Position numbers and translations under genes: made by a program. A DNA stretch of 63,094 nucleotides, filler included, from an uncultured bacterium (GTDB lineage Bacteria; Auribacterota; CAZIXI01), in the NCBI GenBank assembly GCA_964543115.1. It is 9 parts of 9 records of this genome, joined end to end, with 100 filler letters (N's around TTAATTAATTAA, not from the genome) between each part and the next. Parts side by side here need not be neighbours in the genome. Positions count along the whole stretch, not along the records: positions 21,501 to 28,474 come from CAZIXI010000183.1; positions 28,575 to 35,454 come from CAZIXI010000184.1; 7 more parts are not named here. One strand, written 5' to 3'. Below, in pieces: positions 22,370-31,879 of the stretch. The stretch's first letter is position 1; each line of letters opens with the position of its first letter. The notes below the pieces were generated by a model. That model saw only the letters and a list, made by a program, of their open reading frames with translations, was not told where the DNA came from and made no database searches.

Positions 22370-23455
22370 CTAGATTTTATTAAGAATTCTGTCGATATCT
22401 ACGTGTTGTTCTACCAGTTCAACCGCGACGTTAATTTTTTCCTTTTCAGAAGGGCGGATCTTAAAAATGATATCATGTATTTTAGAGGCAACGGAGTAGG
22501 TGTCTTCCTTGAGACTGAGGATCGGGATTGAGGTTCCCTGAATGAGCTGGATAATGTTCTTGTGCGGTTTGACGTTTCCAGTCAGAATGATCCCGCCGAC
22601 GTGGTAGCCGCCTGGTTGCGCTGGCGGGGAGGTCATTGCCGCCAGGATAAGGTCGTCGCGGTCGCCGGGTGTGATGATTAATGTTTTTTCATGAAAATAA
22701 CCGATTGCCTGGTGGGCGGTCATTGCCCCGACAACGATTTCTTCCACCCTGGTGTCCAGGGATTTTCCTGCGTTAATCAGTTCGGCATTTGTTTCTTCCA
22801 TGATCTCACCCATCGTTGGGCTGGAGAGGATTTTACGGTAGGGGATTGCTCCGAGAAGATCTATCCCCTGGCGTTCCAGTCCTTTTTTGACATGACGCGA
22901 GATCTTATTGTACTTTTCGGTATAGATCTTGTTGACAATAGCGCCAATTACCTCTACCCCGGCTTGTTTAAAGAGTGCCTGATTGAGCATGATTTGATCT
23001 ATTGGGCGGCCGATTCCGCCGCTGGAAATAATAATTACCTTGGCATTCAATAATTTAGCGACAGCGGCATTAGAAAGGTCAAAGACGGAGCCGACGCCGG
23101 CATGACCGGTGCCTTCAATAATCGTTATGTCCTTGTCCATGGATACGTTATTATAGGATCTTTTTATTTTTTGAATTAATTTATTGCTGTGCGGGTGGGA
23201 GATATACTTTACGGTAAAATCCTTCTCTACGGCTATCGGGCTCATATCCTGCAAGGAACACCCCAGATCCCAGAGTTTACCGATTAGGAGGGAGTCCTCA
23301 TCTATTTTATATTTGTCTACGGTAACATAGCGTTGGCCCACCGGTTTGATGAAGCCGACTTTTTCATAGCGTTTTTTTAAGGCGGCGATCAGGCCCAGGG
23401 CCACCATTGTTTTACCCTGATTTTGTCTTGTGGCGGCAAGGAATACTTGTTTCAA
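22370..23455 (-). CDS. Stand-alone phosphotransacetylase N-terminal-like protein (BioD-like P-loop + DRTGG domain)
   Basis: QNQGKT P-loop, GFIKPVG, IEGTGHAGVGS, TPGDR. No Pta catalytic domain. Confidence 0.8.
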   Translation of the reverse strand: MKQVFLAATRQNQGKTMVALGLIAALKKRYEKVGFIKPVGQRYVTVDKYKIDEDSLLIGKLWDLGCSLQDMSPIAVEKDFTVKYISHPHSNKLIQKIKRSYNNVSMDKDITIIEGTGHAGVGSVFDLSNAAVAKLLNAKVIIISSGGIGRPIDQIMLNQALFKQAGVEVIGAIVNKIYTEKYNKISRHVKKGLERQGIDLLGAIPYRKILSSPTMGEIMEETNAELINAGKSLDTRVEEIVVGAMTAHQAIGYFHEKTLIITPGDRDDLILAAMTSPPAQPGGYHVGGIILTGNVKPHKNIIQLIQGTSIPILSLKEDTYSVASKIHDIIFKIRPSEKEKINVAVELVEQHVDIDRILNKI

Positions 23456-23467
23456 ATTCCCCTCCTG

Positions 23468-24022
23468 TTATTTTTTGTATTTTTTTCTGCCTTCTTCAAA
23501 AAGATTGCCGCCGTGGCAGTCGAGAGCGACGATTACCGGGAAGTCTTTTACTTCCAGGCGGTGGATGGCTTCCGGACCGAGGTCGGGATAGGCGATTACT
23601 TCCGCCTTGATGACTTTCGCGGCGATTAATGCTCCGGCTCCGCCAACAGCGGCGAAATATACCGCCAGATGTTTTTTCAAAGACTGGATTATTTCTGCCG
23701 ATCTTTGGCCTTTACCGATTGTTCCTTTCAGTCCCTTCTCCAAAAGTATGGGTGTGTAGGGATCCATGCGCGAACTGGTTGTCGGCCCGACAGAACCAAT
23801 TGGCCTACCCGGAGGAGCGGGGCAGGGACCGGCATAGTAGATTATCTGCCCTTTTAAATCAAAGGGGAATTCTTTCCCCTGCTTAATCAATTCTAATAAG
23901 CGTTTATGTGCCGCATCCCTGGCTGTATAAATGATGCCATTAATAAGAATATTATCTCCGCTGCGCAGTTTTTTCACATCCTGATCGTTAATCGGAGTAG
24001 TTATCGTTAGTGTATTCTTCAT
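23468..24022 (-). CDS. Fe-S hydro-lyase (fumarate hydratase class I) beta subunit
   Basis: IYTARDAAHKR, YYAGP, GPTTSSRMD, GKG. Likely start MKNTLTITT at 24022. Confidence 0.9.
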   Translation of the reverse strand: MKNTLTITTPINDQDVKKLRSGDNILINGIIYTARDAAHKRLLELIKQGKEFPFDLKGQIIYYAGPCPAPPGRPIGSVGPTTSSRMDPYTPILLEKGLKGTIGKGQRSAEIIQSLKKHLAVYFAAVGGAGALIAAKVIKAEVIAYPDLGPEAIHRLEVKDFPVIVALDCHGGNLFEEGRKKYKK

Positions 24023-24033
24023 AGGACCATGGT

Positions 24034-24876
24034 CTAAATTATGGCTTCCTTGTGTCTGGCCGAATGGCACTGGATGTTGACGGCTACCGGCAAACTGGCT
24101 ATATGACAGGGATATGTTTCGATAAAAACAGCAAGGGCCGTAACTGTTCCCCCCAGGCCCAGGGGGCCGATTCCCAGTTGGTTTATTTTGGTTAATAGTT
24201 TTTGTTCTAAATCCGCATAAGAAGATTTTGGATGGCGGGAACCGATGGTTCTTAATAAGGACTTTTTGGCTAAGAGGGTGCACTGCTCTAAAGTGCCGCC
24301 CAGGCCCAAACCAATAATTATCGGCGGGCAGGGATTACCGCCGGCCCGAGTTACACAGTCAATGACAAATTCTTCTATTCCCCGGAGGCCGGCAGCGGGT
24401 GTAAGAACTTTGGCCCGGCTCATATTTTCACTGCCGCCGCCTTTAGGGGCAACACTGATCTTTATTTTATTGCCGGGAACAATTTCAACGTGGATAACTG
24501 CCGGGGTATTGTCACCGGTATTTACTCTGTCTAAGGGATCGCGAACAATAGATTTACGTAAATAACCCTCCTGATAAGCCTGTCTGACGCCTTCGTCAAT
24601 TGCCTGATAGAGATCTCCACCGGATAGCTGGACATCCTGTCCGATTTCCAGGAAAACAACTGTGAAACCTGTATCTTGGCAGAGGGGAAGATTTTCAGTG
24701 GCAGCGATCCGGGCATTTTCGATTAATTGATTAAGGATTTCCTTGCCGGTAGGTGATTGTTCATTTTCCTCTGCTTTCTGTAGAGCCTGCAGGACGTCAT
24801 AGCCTAGGTGATAATTCGCTTCCAGGCAAAGTTCTTTAACGGTATTGATAATAGTTTCAAAGCTGATTTTTCTCAT
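24034..24876 (-). CDS. Fe-S hydro-lyase (fumarate hydratase class I) alpha subunit
   Basis: PLCQDTG, KGGGSEN, GNPCPP, CHSARH. Confidence 0.92.
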   Translation of the reverse strand: MRKISFETIINTVKELCLEANYHLGYDVLQALQKAEENEQSPTGKEILNQLIENARIAATENLPLCQDTGFTVVFLEIGQDVQLSGGDLYQAIDEGVRQAYQEGYLRKSIVRDPLDRVNTGDNTPAVIHVEIVPGNKIKISVAPKGGGSENMSRAKVLTPAAGLRGIEEFVIDCVTRAGGNPCPPIIIGLGLGGTLEQCTLLAKKSLLRTIGSRHPKSSYADLEQKLLTKINQLGIGPLGLGGTVTALAVFIETYPCHIASLPVAVNIQCHSARHKEAII

Positions 24877-24974
24877 AATTTAATTTAAAAAATACGGAGC
24901 TTTGTGCTTCAGGGGCAAAATATTATGCTTAATGATACCGCATCAACCGGTGCTTCGTCAACTGAAGATTAATA

Positions 24975-25004
24975 TTGACGTTTGTGGCCGGCTTATAGTA
25001 GTAT
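24975..25004 (+). promoter_or_regulatory. Candidate sigma-70 promoter of the rib operon
   Basis: TTGACG-N18-TAGTAT about 30 nt upstream of the riboswitch. Confidence 0.45.
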
Positions 25005-25034
25005 TTCGGTAACGAAATTTAAAATTCCGTTAAT

Positions 25035-25146
25035 ATCTTCAGGGCTGGGTGAAATTCCCAGATCGGGCGTATAGCCGCCGAGTTCCTGTTTGGGACTGAT
25101 TTGGTGCGAATCCAAAGCCGACAGTATAGTCTGGATGGAAGAAGAT
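25035..25146 (+). ncRNA. FMN riboswitch (RFN element)
   Basis: ATCTTCAGGGC-TGGGTGAAATTCCCAG...TTTGGTGCGAATCCAAAGCCGACAGTATAGTCTGGATGGAAGAAGAT, directly upstream of ribBA. Confidence 0.93.
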
Positions 25147-25170
25147 ACATGGCCATAACTATGTATTTAG

Positions 25171-25198
25171 ACCCACTCTGAAGAGGAGTGGGTTTTTT
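25171..25198 (+). terminator. Riboswitch expression-platform intrinsic terminator
   Basis: ACCCACTC-TGAAGAG-GAGTGGGT followed by a T run. Confidence 0.8.
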
Positions 25199-25216
25199 CG
25201 TTTTATGGAGATAAAT

Positions 25217-26407
25217 ATGTTCAATCAAGTAGAAGAAATAATTGCTGATCTTAGGGCCGGTAAGATGGTGGTGGTGACGGATGACCAGAGCCGGGAGAAT
25301 GAGGGTGATCTTGTTTTTGCCGGCAGTATGGTTACCCCTGATAAGATCAATTTTATGGCCAAGTATGGCCGCGGCCTTATTTGTGTGCCCATGGCAGAGG
25401 AACGTCTGTCCGGACTCGGGCTTTCACCGATGGCCGAGCATAATGGGGATAGTTTTAATACGGCTTTTACGGTTTCGGTGGATGCGGCAAAGGGGATTAC
25501 TACCGGTATTTCAGCCTATGACCGGGCAAAGACTGTTACTCTATTGGCTGAGAGTAAAACAATAAAAGCGGATTTAGTAGTGCCCGGCCACATGTTTCCG
25601 TTAATGGCCCGTCAGGGTGGTGTGCTTGTTCGGGCGGGGCATACGGAGGCCACGGTTGATTTGTTAAAGATCGCGCAGTTACCGCAGGTGGGGGTTATCT
25701 GTGAGATTATGAATGATGATGGGACAATGGCCCGGATGCCGGAATTACGGAAATTCAGTGAGTTTCATCAACTGAAGATTTGTACAATTGCGCAAATCAT
25801 TGAGTACAGAAGACGGACAGAGAAATTAGTGCAGCGCTTAAGTGTTACGAAATTGCCCACCGAATATGGTGAGTTTAAATTGTTTGCCTATCAGTCACTA
25901 TTGGATAAAAGACATCATCTGGCGCTGGTGAGAGGAGAGGTAGAGAATAGAGATAATGTTCTGGTACGCGTACATTCAGAGTGTCTTACCGGTGATGTTT
26001 TTGGCTCAAAAAGATGTGATTGCGGCATTCAGCTGCAGGAGTCTTTGCGCCGGATTGCCGCAGAGGGTGCCGGGGTGTTGCTTTATATGAGGCAGGAGGG
26101 ACGGGGTATTGGTCTGGTTAATAAATTAAAGGCCTATGCCCTTCAGGATAAGGGTGTGGATACAGTGGAGGCAAATGAACGATTAGGGTTTAAAGCTGAT
26201 TTGCGGGAGTATGGTATTGGGGCGCAGATACTGGTTGATCTGGGTGTAAATAAAATAAGATTACTTACTAATAATCCGCGCAAGATCATCGGGCTGGAAG
26301 GATATGGCCTAAAGATAGTTGAACGAATTCCGATGAAAATGGGGTCTAATGAACACAACGAATACTATTTGAAGACTAAACGGGAGAAATTAGGGCATTT
26401 GTTGTAG
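25217..26407 (+). CDS. ribBA: Bifunctional DHBP synthase / GTP cyclohydrolase II
   Basis: [44 protein letters not shown] before the ATG at 25217. Confidence 0.96.
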   Translation: MFNQVEEIIADLRAGKMVVVTDDQSRENEGDLVFAGSMVTPDKINFMAKYGRGLICVPMAEERLSGLGLSPMAEHNGDSFNTAFTVSVDAAKGITTGISAYDRAKTVTLLAESKTIKADLVVPGHMFPLMARQGGVLVRAGHTEATVDLLKIAQLPQVGVICEIMNDDGTMARMPELRKFSEFHQLKICTIAQIIEYRRRTEKLVQRLSVTKLPTEYGEFKLFAYQSLLDKRHHLALVRGEVENRDNVLVRVHSECLTGDVFGSKRCDCGIQLQESLRRIAAEGAGVLLYMRQEGRGIGLVNKLKAYALQDKGVDTVEANERLGFKADLREYGIGAQILVDLGVNKIRLLTNNPRKIIGLEGYGLKIVERIPMKMGSNEHNEYYLKTKREKLGHLL

Positions 26408-26438
26408 AGTGGTTTAACAAGGAGTGAGAGTAATGTAA

Positions 26439-26536
26439 TTGCGGATTTCGGATTTTGGATTTCGGATTGCAGATCTTTTGTGAGGGTGGCGAGAAGTTTG
26501 ATAAAAATCCGCAATCCGCAATCGAAAATCCGAAAT
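26439..26536. repeat. Inverted heptamer-array element, copy A
   Basis: (TTGCGGA)(TTTCGGA)(TTTTGGA)(TTTCGGA)(TTGCAGA)-32 nt-(AATCCGC)(AATCCGC)(AATCGAA)(AATCCGA). Confidence 0.85.
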
Positions 26537-26553
26537 TGGCAGAGGAGGGTGAG

Positions 26554-27021
26554 ATGAAGGAGATTATGGGTGAGTTAGTGGTTAAGGGGAAGAAGTTTGC
26601 TTTGGTGGTGAGCCGGTTCAATGAATTGGTGAGTAAACAAATGTTGGCTGGGGCGCAAGATTCCCTGGTCCGGCACGGGGTTAAAGATAATGAGGTTACC
26701 GTGGCCTGGGTGCCGGGATCGTTTGAGATTCCTTTAACCGCGCAGGCCCTGGTGCGGAGCAAGAAGTACGATGCCGTTATTTGTTTGGGTACGGTTATCC
26801 GCGGTGATACGCCGCATTTTGAGTATGTAGCCGGCGAGGTGTCCAAAGGCGTGGCGCAGGTATCTTTGCAGTCAGGGGTGCCGGTGATTTTCGGAGTCTT
26901 GACGGTGGATACGATTGAACAGGCGTTGGAGCGTGCGGGTACCAAGGCCGGTAATCGCGGCCGCCAGGCGGTGGAAAGCGCGATTGAAATGGTGAATCTG
27001 CTGGGAAAGATAAAAAAATAG
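26554..27021 (+). CDS. ribH: 6,7-dimethyl-8-ribityllumazine synthase
   Basis: [35 protein letters not shown]. Start MKEIMG after GAGGAG. Confidence 0.96.
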   Translation: MKEIMGELVVKGKKFALVVSRFNELVSKQMLAGAQDSLVRHGVKDNEVTVAWVPGSFEIPLTAQALVRSKKYDAVICLGTVIRGDTPHFEYVAGEVSKGVAQVSLQSGVPVIFGVLTVDTIEQALERAGTKAGNRGRQAVESAIEMVNLLGKIKK

Positions 27022-27073
27022 AAATACAAAATCCCCTTTTTCACACAATAGAACTTAGCAGAGAGGTTAAATT

Positions 27074-27493
27074 ATGGGTAAACGCAGGCAGGCAAGAGAA
27101 TTGGCGATGCAGTTTCTCTACCAGATGGATTTGCGGGAAGAGAAAGATTGGGCGGATGATTTAGAGAATTTCTGGCGGGAGTTTGAACTTGCTCCGGAAA
27201 TAAAAGATTTTGCTCTCTGCCTGATTGACCGGGTGAAAGAGAAGCAGGCGGAGATCGATAAGTTAATTGCTGAATATACGACCAATTGGGACATTTCCCG
27301 TATTGCTGCCGTGGACCGTAATGTGCTGCGGGTAGGGATCTGTGAGTTGGTCTATATGGATGATATTCCGCCTGTTGTTTCCATTAATGAAGCCGTAGAT
27401 ATTGTTAAGAAGTACGGTTCGGTGGAATCAGGGAAGTTTATTAATGGTATTTTAGATAAGATAAGAATGGAGAGCAGTAAAGATGACGGCTAA
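27074..27493 (+). CDS. nusB: Transcription antitermination factor NusB
   Basis: RRQARELAMQFLYQ, NWDISRIAAVDRNVLR, FINGILD. Confidence 0.95.
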   Translation: MGKRRQARELAMQFLYQMDLREEKDWADDLENFWREFELAPEIKDFALCLIDRVKEKQAEIDKLIAEYTTNWDISRIAAVDRNVLRVGICELVYMDDIPPVVSINEAVDIVKKYGSVESGKFINGILDKIRMESSKDDG

Positions 27494-28325
27494 ATATGCC
27501 GATTTACATGTTCATACGGATAGAAGTGATGGTTCATATTCTCCGCAAAAGGTGGTTGAGCTCGCCAGAGCGGGTGGGCTGAGCGCGGTTGCCATTACTG
27601 ACCATGATTCTATTGAGGGTGTTGCCGCGGCGATAAGTAAGGGACGGCAGGAAGGCGTTGAGGTTATTCCGGGAATAGAATTAAGCGCGCTGGTGGAAGG
27701 CGAGGATATTCATGTTTTAGGGTATTTTATAGATATTAATGCTGATTGGTTTTCAAAACAGCTTGCTTTTTTGCGACAGATGAGGAAAGAACGAGCGGAA
27801 AAAATTGTAGAGAAATTGAACGGTTTGGGGGTGGGAATATCTTTTGAGGAAGTATTGAGCTTTGCCGGTAAAGGGGCTGTCGGCAGGCTGCATGTTGCCC
27901 GAACGTTGTTTACTAAAGGGTATATCCGTTCCATTCCTGAGGCGTTCTGGCGTTATATTGGCAAGGATAAACCAGCGTATGTGGCTAAATATAAGATGTC
28001 GGTGCGAGAAGCAGTTGAAATTATTCATCGATTGGGAGGAGTGGCGGTGTTGGCCCATCCTCACGTGGTTAAGCAAAAAGATATTGTCTCTCGATTGGTC
28101 GCGGAAGGGATCGACGGGGTTGAAGTATATCATAGTGAACACGCGCGCGCTGTAGAGAAGCGTTTGCTGAAAATAGCAAAAAAATATCAGTTACTGGTTG
28201 CCGGCGGGAGTGATTGTCACGGTGCCTGCAAGGGGGAAACACTCATCGGTACCGTGAAAATTCCTTATGAATATGTTATCAGGATGAAAGAGAAGGTAGA
28301 AAAAAATGCCGCTAAGATTAATTAA
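27483..28325 (+). CDS. PHP-domain metallophosphoesterase (TrpH/YciV-like)
   Basis: DLHVHTDRSDG, AITDHD, HVLGY, LAHP, GGSDCHG. Confidence 0.9.
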   Translation: MTAKYADLHVHTDRSDGSYSPQKVVELARAGGLSAVAITDHDSIEGVAAAISKGRQEGVEVIPGIELSALVEGEDIHVLGYFIDINADWFSKQLAFLRQMRKERAEKIVEKLNGLGVGISFEEVLSFAGKGAVGRLHVARTLFTKGYIRSIPEAFWRYIGKDKPAYVAKYKMSVREAVEIIHRLGGVAVLAHPHVVKQKDIVSRLVAEGIDGVEVYHSEHARAVEKRLLKIAKKYQLLVAGGSDCHGACKGETLIGTVKIPYEYVIRMKEKVEKNAAKIN

Positions 28326-28474
28326 AGAAAAATTGAGTAAGACACGTAATTATTTACGTCAGCAGCTCAGCCGTTTTCTGGTAAAGGGGCGTAAGGTGGA
28401 TCCGGAGCTGTTAGAGGAATTGGAGGCTGTTCTTATTCAGGCGGATATCGGCGTTGAGGTTACTGAACGGATTT
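28306..28474 (+). CDS. ftsY: Signal recognition particle receptor, N-terminal fragment
   Basis: KEKLSKTR...LLEELEAVLIQADIGVEVTERI matches the FtsY N domain. Truncated by the linker. Confidence 0.8.
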
Positions 28475-28574
28475 NNNNNNNNNNNNNNNNNNNNNNNNNN
28501 NNNNNNNNNNNNNNNNNNTTAATTAATTAANNNNNNNNNNNNNNNNNNNNNNNNNNNNNNNNNNNNNNNNNNNN
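28475..28574. other. Artificial contig linker
   Basis: 44 N + TTAATTAATTAA + 44 N. Confidence 0.97.
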
Positions 28575-28576
28575 TC

Positions 28577-28798
28577 CTTAAACTGCGTCCGAATGATCCG
28601 GTGGTTTGGTATAATCTTGCCTGTAGTTGGTCTTTATTAGAGAAAATTACGGAGAGTTTTGCCGCGTTAACTAAGGCGATTGAGCTGGGGTATCAGAATT
28701 TCAATTATATGGACGAGGATCCTGATTTGGGTAATCTGCGCAAGGATAAAAGATATCTCCGGATTAAATCAGCAAACAAACAAATAAGATCCAGCTAA
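28577..28798 (+). CDS. C-terminal fragment of a TPR protein
   Basis: LKLRPNDPVVWYNLACSWSLL...AIELGY...DPDLGNLR. Open to the contig edge. Confidence 0.8.
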   Translation, partial: LKLRPNDPVVWYNLACSWSLLEKITESFAALTKAIELGYQNFNYMDEDPDLGNLRKDKRYLRIKSANKQIRSS

Positions 28799-28817
28799 TA
28801 TTATTTATCAGGTTATT

Positions 28818-30293
28818 ATGTATTATCCAGATAAATCTGCCTATTTAAAACTAGCCAAGAAAGGAAATCTCATTCCCGTTTACCGTGAACTGGTGGGGGA
28901 TATGGAGACGCCGGTGGCGATGTTTAAGCGGATCCTAAGTTCTGCCGACTGCGGTTATCTGCTGGAAAGCGTGGAAGGAGGGGAGCATCTTGGCCGTTAT
29001 TCTTTTCTCGGGGTGCATCCTTCTTTAATCTTCGAGAGCAAGGGGCGGCGTGTATGCGTGACGGAGAATGGCAAGAGGCGTTCCTGGATCACTAAAACAA
29101 ATCCGCTTGAGGAACTAAAGGTTATTCTGAAAAGGTATCGGCCGGTAGAGGTTGCCGGATTGCCGCGGTTTTCCGGTGGGGCGGTGGGGTATCTTGGTTA
29201 TAATGTTGTGGGGTTCTTCGAAGAGATTCCCCGGACGAATCCGGATGATTTAGAATTGCCGGATTTGTATTTTATGATAACTGATACGATGATTATATTT
29301 GATCATCTGCAGCATATTATTAAGGTTATCAGTAACCTGCCGATTGAGGGTCAGCCAGAGAAGACCTATAAGCAGTCTATCGCTAAGATTGAGAGTTTGA
29401 TTAATCGCATTAAACATAGCCGGCCGTTGCCGGTAGTGGAAATGCCGAAGAAGTTGCCGGCGCTGAAGGTCAAGTCTAACCTTAACAGGAGCCAGTTTAA
29501 AAAGATGGTCTCTAAAGCCAAGGAATATATCCGAAAAGGGGATATAATTCAGGTGGTTTTGTCTCAGCGCTTGCAGACGAGTATAAAATGTGACCCGTTT
29601 AATATTTATCGGGCCCTGCGTTCTGTTAATCCGTCACCGTATATGTTTTGCCTCAAGGGTAAGGGGTTTCAGATCATCGGTTCTTCGCCGGAACTGCTTG
29701 TGCGCTGTGAAGATGAACTGGTTGAAACAAGGCCAATTGCCGGTACGCGGCCCCGGGGGGTGTCTCCTGAAGATGATTTGCGGTTGGAAAAACAGTTGTT
29801 GGCTAATCCTAAGGAGCGGGCTGAACATATTATGCTGGTTGATCTGGGGCGTAACGATATCGGGCGTGTTTGTCGCCGGGGAACTGTGAAGGTTTCGGAA
29901 TTGATGATTATTGAACGGTATTCACATGTGATGCATATTGTTAGTAATGTGATCGGTAAACTGAAGCGGAATAAGGATCAGTTTGATGTGTTGGCGGCTA
30001 CGTTTCCGGCCGGAACGGTTAGCGGGGCGCCTAAAATAAGAGCGATGGAGATTATTGATGAATTAGAGAATCTTGATCGCGGGCCTTATGCCGGTGCTTT
30101 AGGGTACTTTAGTTTTTCCGGTAACCTGGATTCGGCAATAACGATTCGGACGGTTGTTGTTAAAGATAAAAAGGCGTATATTCAGGCCGGGGCGGGTATT
30201 GTAGCGGATTCTGTTCCGGAAAAGGAATATGAGGAGACACTGAATAAGGCCAGGGGGATGCTGAAGGCGATCCAACTGGCCGAGACGTTTTAG
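28818..30293 (+). CDS. trpE: Anthranilate synthase component I
   Basis: LLESVEGGEHLGRYSF, NPSPYM, RPIAGTRPRG, KERAEHIMLVDLGRND, FPAGTVSGAPK. Confidence 0.92.
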   Translation: MYYPDKSAYLKLAKKGNLIPVYRELVGDMETPVAMFKRILSSADCGYLLESVEGGEHLGRYSFLGVHPSLIFESKGRRVCVTENGKRRSWITKTNPLEELKVILKRYRPVEVAGLPRFSGGAVGYLGYNVVGFFEEIPRTNPDDLELPDLYFMITDTMIIFDHLQHIIKVISNLPIEGQPEKTYKQSIAKIESLINRIKHSRPLPVVEMPKKLPALKVKSNLNRSQFKKMVSKAKEYIRKGDIIQVVLSQRLQTSIKCDPFNIYRALRSVNPSPYMFCLKGKGFQIIGSSPELLVRCEDELVETRPIAGTRPRGVSPEDDLRLEKQLLANPKERAEHIMLVDLGRNDIGRVCRRGTVKVSELMIIERYSHVMHIVSNVIGKLKRNKDQFDVLAATFPAGTVSGAPKIRAMEIIDELENLDRGPYAGALGYFSFSGNLDSAITIRTVVVKDKKAYIQAGAGIVADSVPEKEYEETLNKARGMLKAIQLAETF

Positions 30294-30332
30294 TTGATAG
30301 ATGCGGGCGAAGCCCGTATTAAAAAGGTCTTT

Positions 30333-30896
30333 ATGCTATTGGTTATTGATAACTACGATTCGTTTACCTATAATCTGGTGCAGTACCTGGGTGAGTTGGG
30401 GGCGCAGATTAAGGTCCTCCGTAATGATAAGGTTACTCTTAGTGATATCCAGCGGCTGCGGCCGGAGCGGATTGTTATTTCTCCCGGGCCGGGCCGGCCG
30501 GTGGATGCCGGTATTTCAAAAAAGGTGATTGAGCAGTTTATGTCACAGGTGCCGATTCTCGGTGTCTGTCTGGGGCATCAGTGTGTCGGTGAGGTTTTTG
30601 GCGCCCGGATTGTGCGGGCGGGGCGGTTGATGCATGGAAAGACTTCTCTTGTGTATCATAATGGTAAAGGTCTTTTTCGGGGAGTGGCAAGTCCGTTTGA
30701 GGCTACCAGGTATCATTCTCTGCTTGTCAGGCGGGATTCGGTGCCGCGTTGTTTAGAGATTATCGCTGATACTAAGAGGAAAGAGATAATGGGGCTGCGG
30801 CATAGAAAATATCCTGTTTGGGGTGTGCAGTTTCATCCGGAGTCTATTTTGACTAAGGAAGGGAAAAAACTGTTGGGTAATTTTTTAAAGATATGA
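30333..30896 (+). CDS. trpG: Glutamine amidotransferase (anthranilate/ADC synthase component II)
   Basis: IDNYDSFTYNL, SPGPG, GVCLGHQ, RYHSL, QFHPES. Confidence 0.9.
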   Translation: MLLVIDNYDSFTYNLVQYLGELGAQIKVLRNDKVTLSDIQRLRPERIVISPGPGRPVDAGISKKVIEQFMSQVPILGVCLGHQCVGEVFGARIVRAGRLMHGKTSLVYHNGKGLFRGVASPFEATRYHSLLVRRDSVPRCLEIIADTKRKEIMGLRHRKYPVWGVQFHPESILTKEGKKLLGNFLKI

Positions 30897-31879
30897 AAAA
30901 AGCATTAATTACGGGTGTTGCGGGGTTTATTGGTTCGCATTTGGCGGAGAGTCTGCTGAAGGCCGGCTATGCGGTTATGGGAGTGGATAATTTGTCGACA
31001 GGCCGCAGGGAGAATATCGCTCAGCTGCAAAAAAATAAATCGTTCAGGTTTGTGGCCGGAGACGATAAGGATAGCCGGTTGATGGAAGAACTGGTGGCCG
31101 ATTGCGATACTGTTTATCATCTGGCGGCGGTTGTCGGAGTGAAACTGGTAGTGGATAATCCGGTACGGGTGATTGAGGCGAATGTGGCGGGGTGTAGTAA
31201 TGTTTTAAAATCAGCGGCTAAATATAAAAGGAAGATCTTTTTGGCTTCTTCTTCTGAGGTCTACGGCAAACTGGATCGGGCCTTTCTCCGGGAAGATGAT
31301 GATCTTCGTCTTGGTCCGACTGCGGTTCTGCGCTGGAGTTATTGTTGTACTAAATTGATTATGGAGTATCTGGGGTTAGGCTATCATAAAACGGAAAAAT
31401 TACCGGTAGTGATCGGCCGGTTTTTTAATGTTTGCGGGCCGCGGCAGACGGGTGCTTACGGGATGGTTGTGCCGCGGTTTGTTCGGGCGGCGTTTCTCGG
31501 TGAGCCGATTACGGTTTACGGTGACGGTCAACAGACAAGGAGTTTTACTTATGTCGACGATGCCGTTCGGGGAATAATCGGATTGATGAAAAAGAAAAAA
31601 GCGGTGGGGCAGGTGTTTAATATCGGGAATCCGCGCCACGTTACGATTAATGAATTGGCGGAGTTGGTTAAAGAAGTGACCAGAAGCAGTTCTCCGATTG
31701 TGCATGTGCCGTATAAAGATGTATTCGGCCCGGGTTTTGAGGATATGCCGTATCGGGTGCCGGATATTACAAAAATAACAAAGGTAGTTGGATTCCGGCC
31801 GCAGGTGGAGTTAAGGGAAATAATTGAAAAAATAGTTGCCGCTTATAAATTACGGGCGGTTTCCGCGGGAAAGTTATGA
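30893..31879 (+). CDS. NAD-dependent nucleotide-sugar epimerase/dehydratase (extended SDR)
   Basis: TGVAGFIG, SSSEVYG, YCCTK (YxxxK), RFFNVCGPRQ. Confidence 0.9.
   Translation: MKKALITGVAGFIGSHLAESLLKAGYAVMGVDNLSTGRRENIAQLQKNKSFRFVAGDDKDSRLMEELVADCDTVYHLAAVVGVKLVVDNPVRVIEANVAGCSNVLKSAAKYKRKIFLASSSEVYGKLDRAFLREDDDLRLGPTAVLRWSYCCTKLIMEYLGLGYHKTEKLPVVIGRFFNVCGPRQTGAYGMVVPRFVRAAFLGEPITVYGDGQQTRSFTYVDDAVRGIIGLMKKKKAVGQVFNIGNPRHVTINELAELVKEVTRSSSPIVHVPYKDVFGPGFEDMPYRVPDITKITKVVGFRPQVELREIIEKIVAAYKLRAVSAGKL

Noticed and set aside
26439..26536. Heptamer arrays as CRISPR
   Set aside because: The 7-nt units have no unique spacers between repeats, the arms are inverted, and no cas genes are present.
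26376..27044. 222-aa minus ORF over ribH, plus similar antisense ORFs over recA, eda, uppP and fumarase
   Set aside because: These are shadow ORFs of well-conserved genes.
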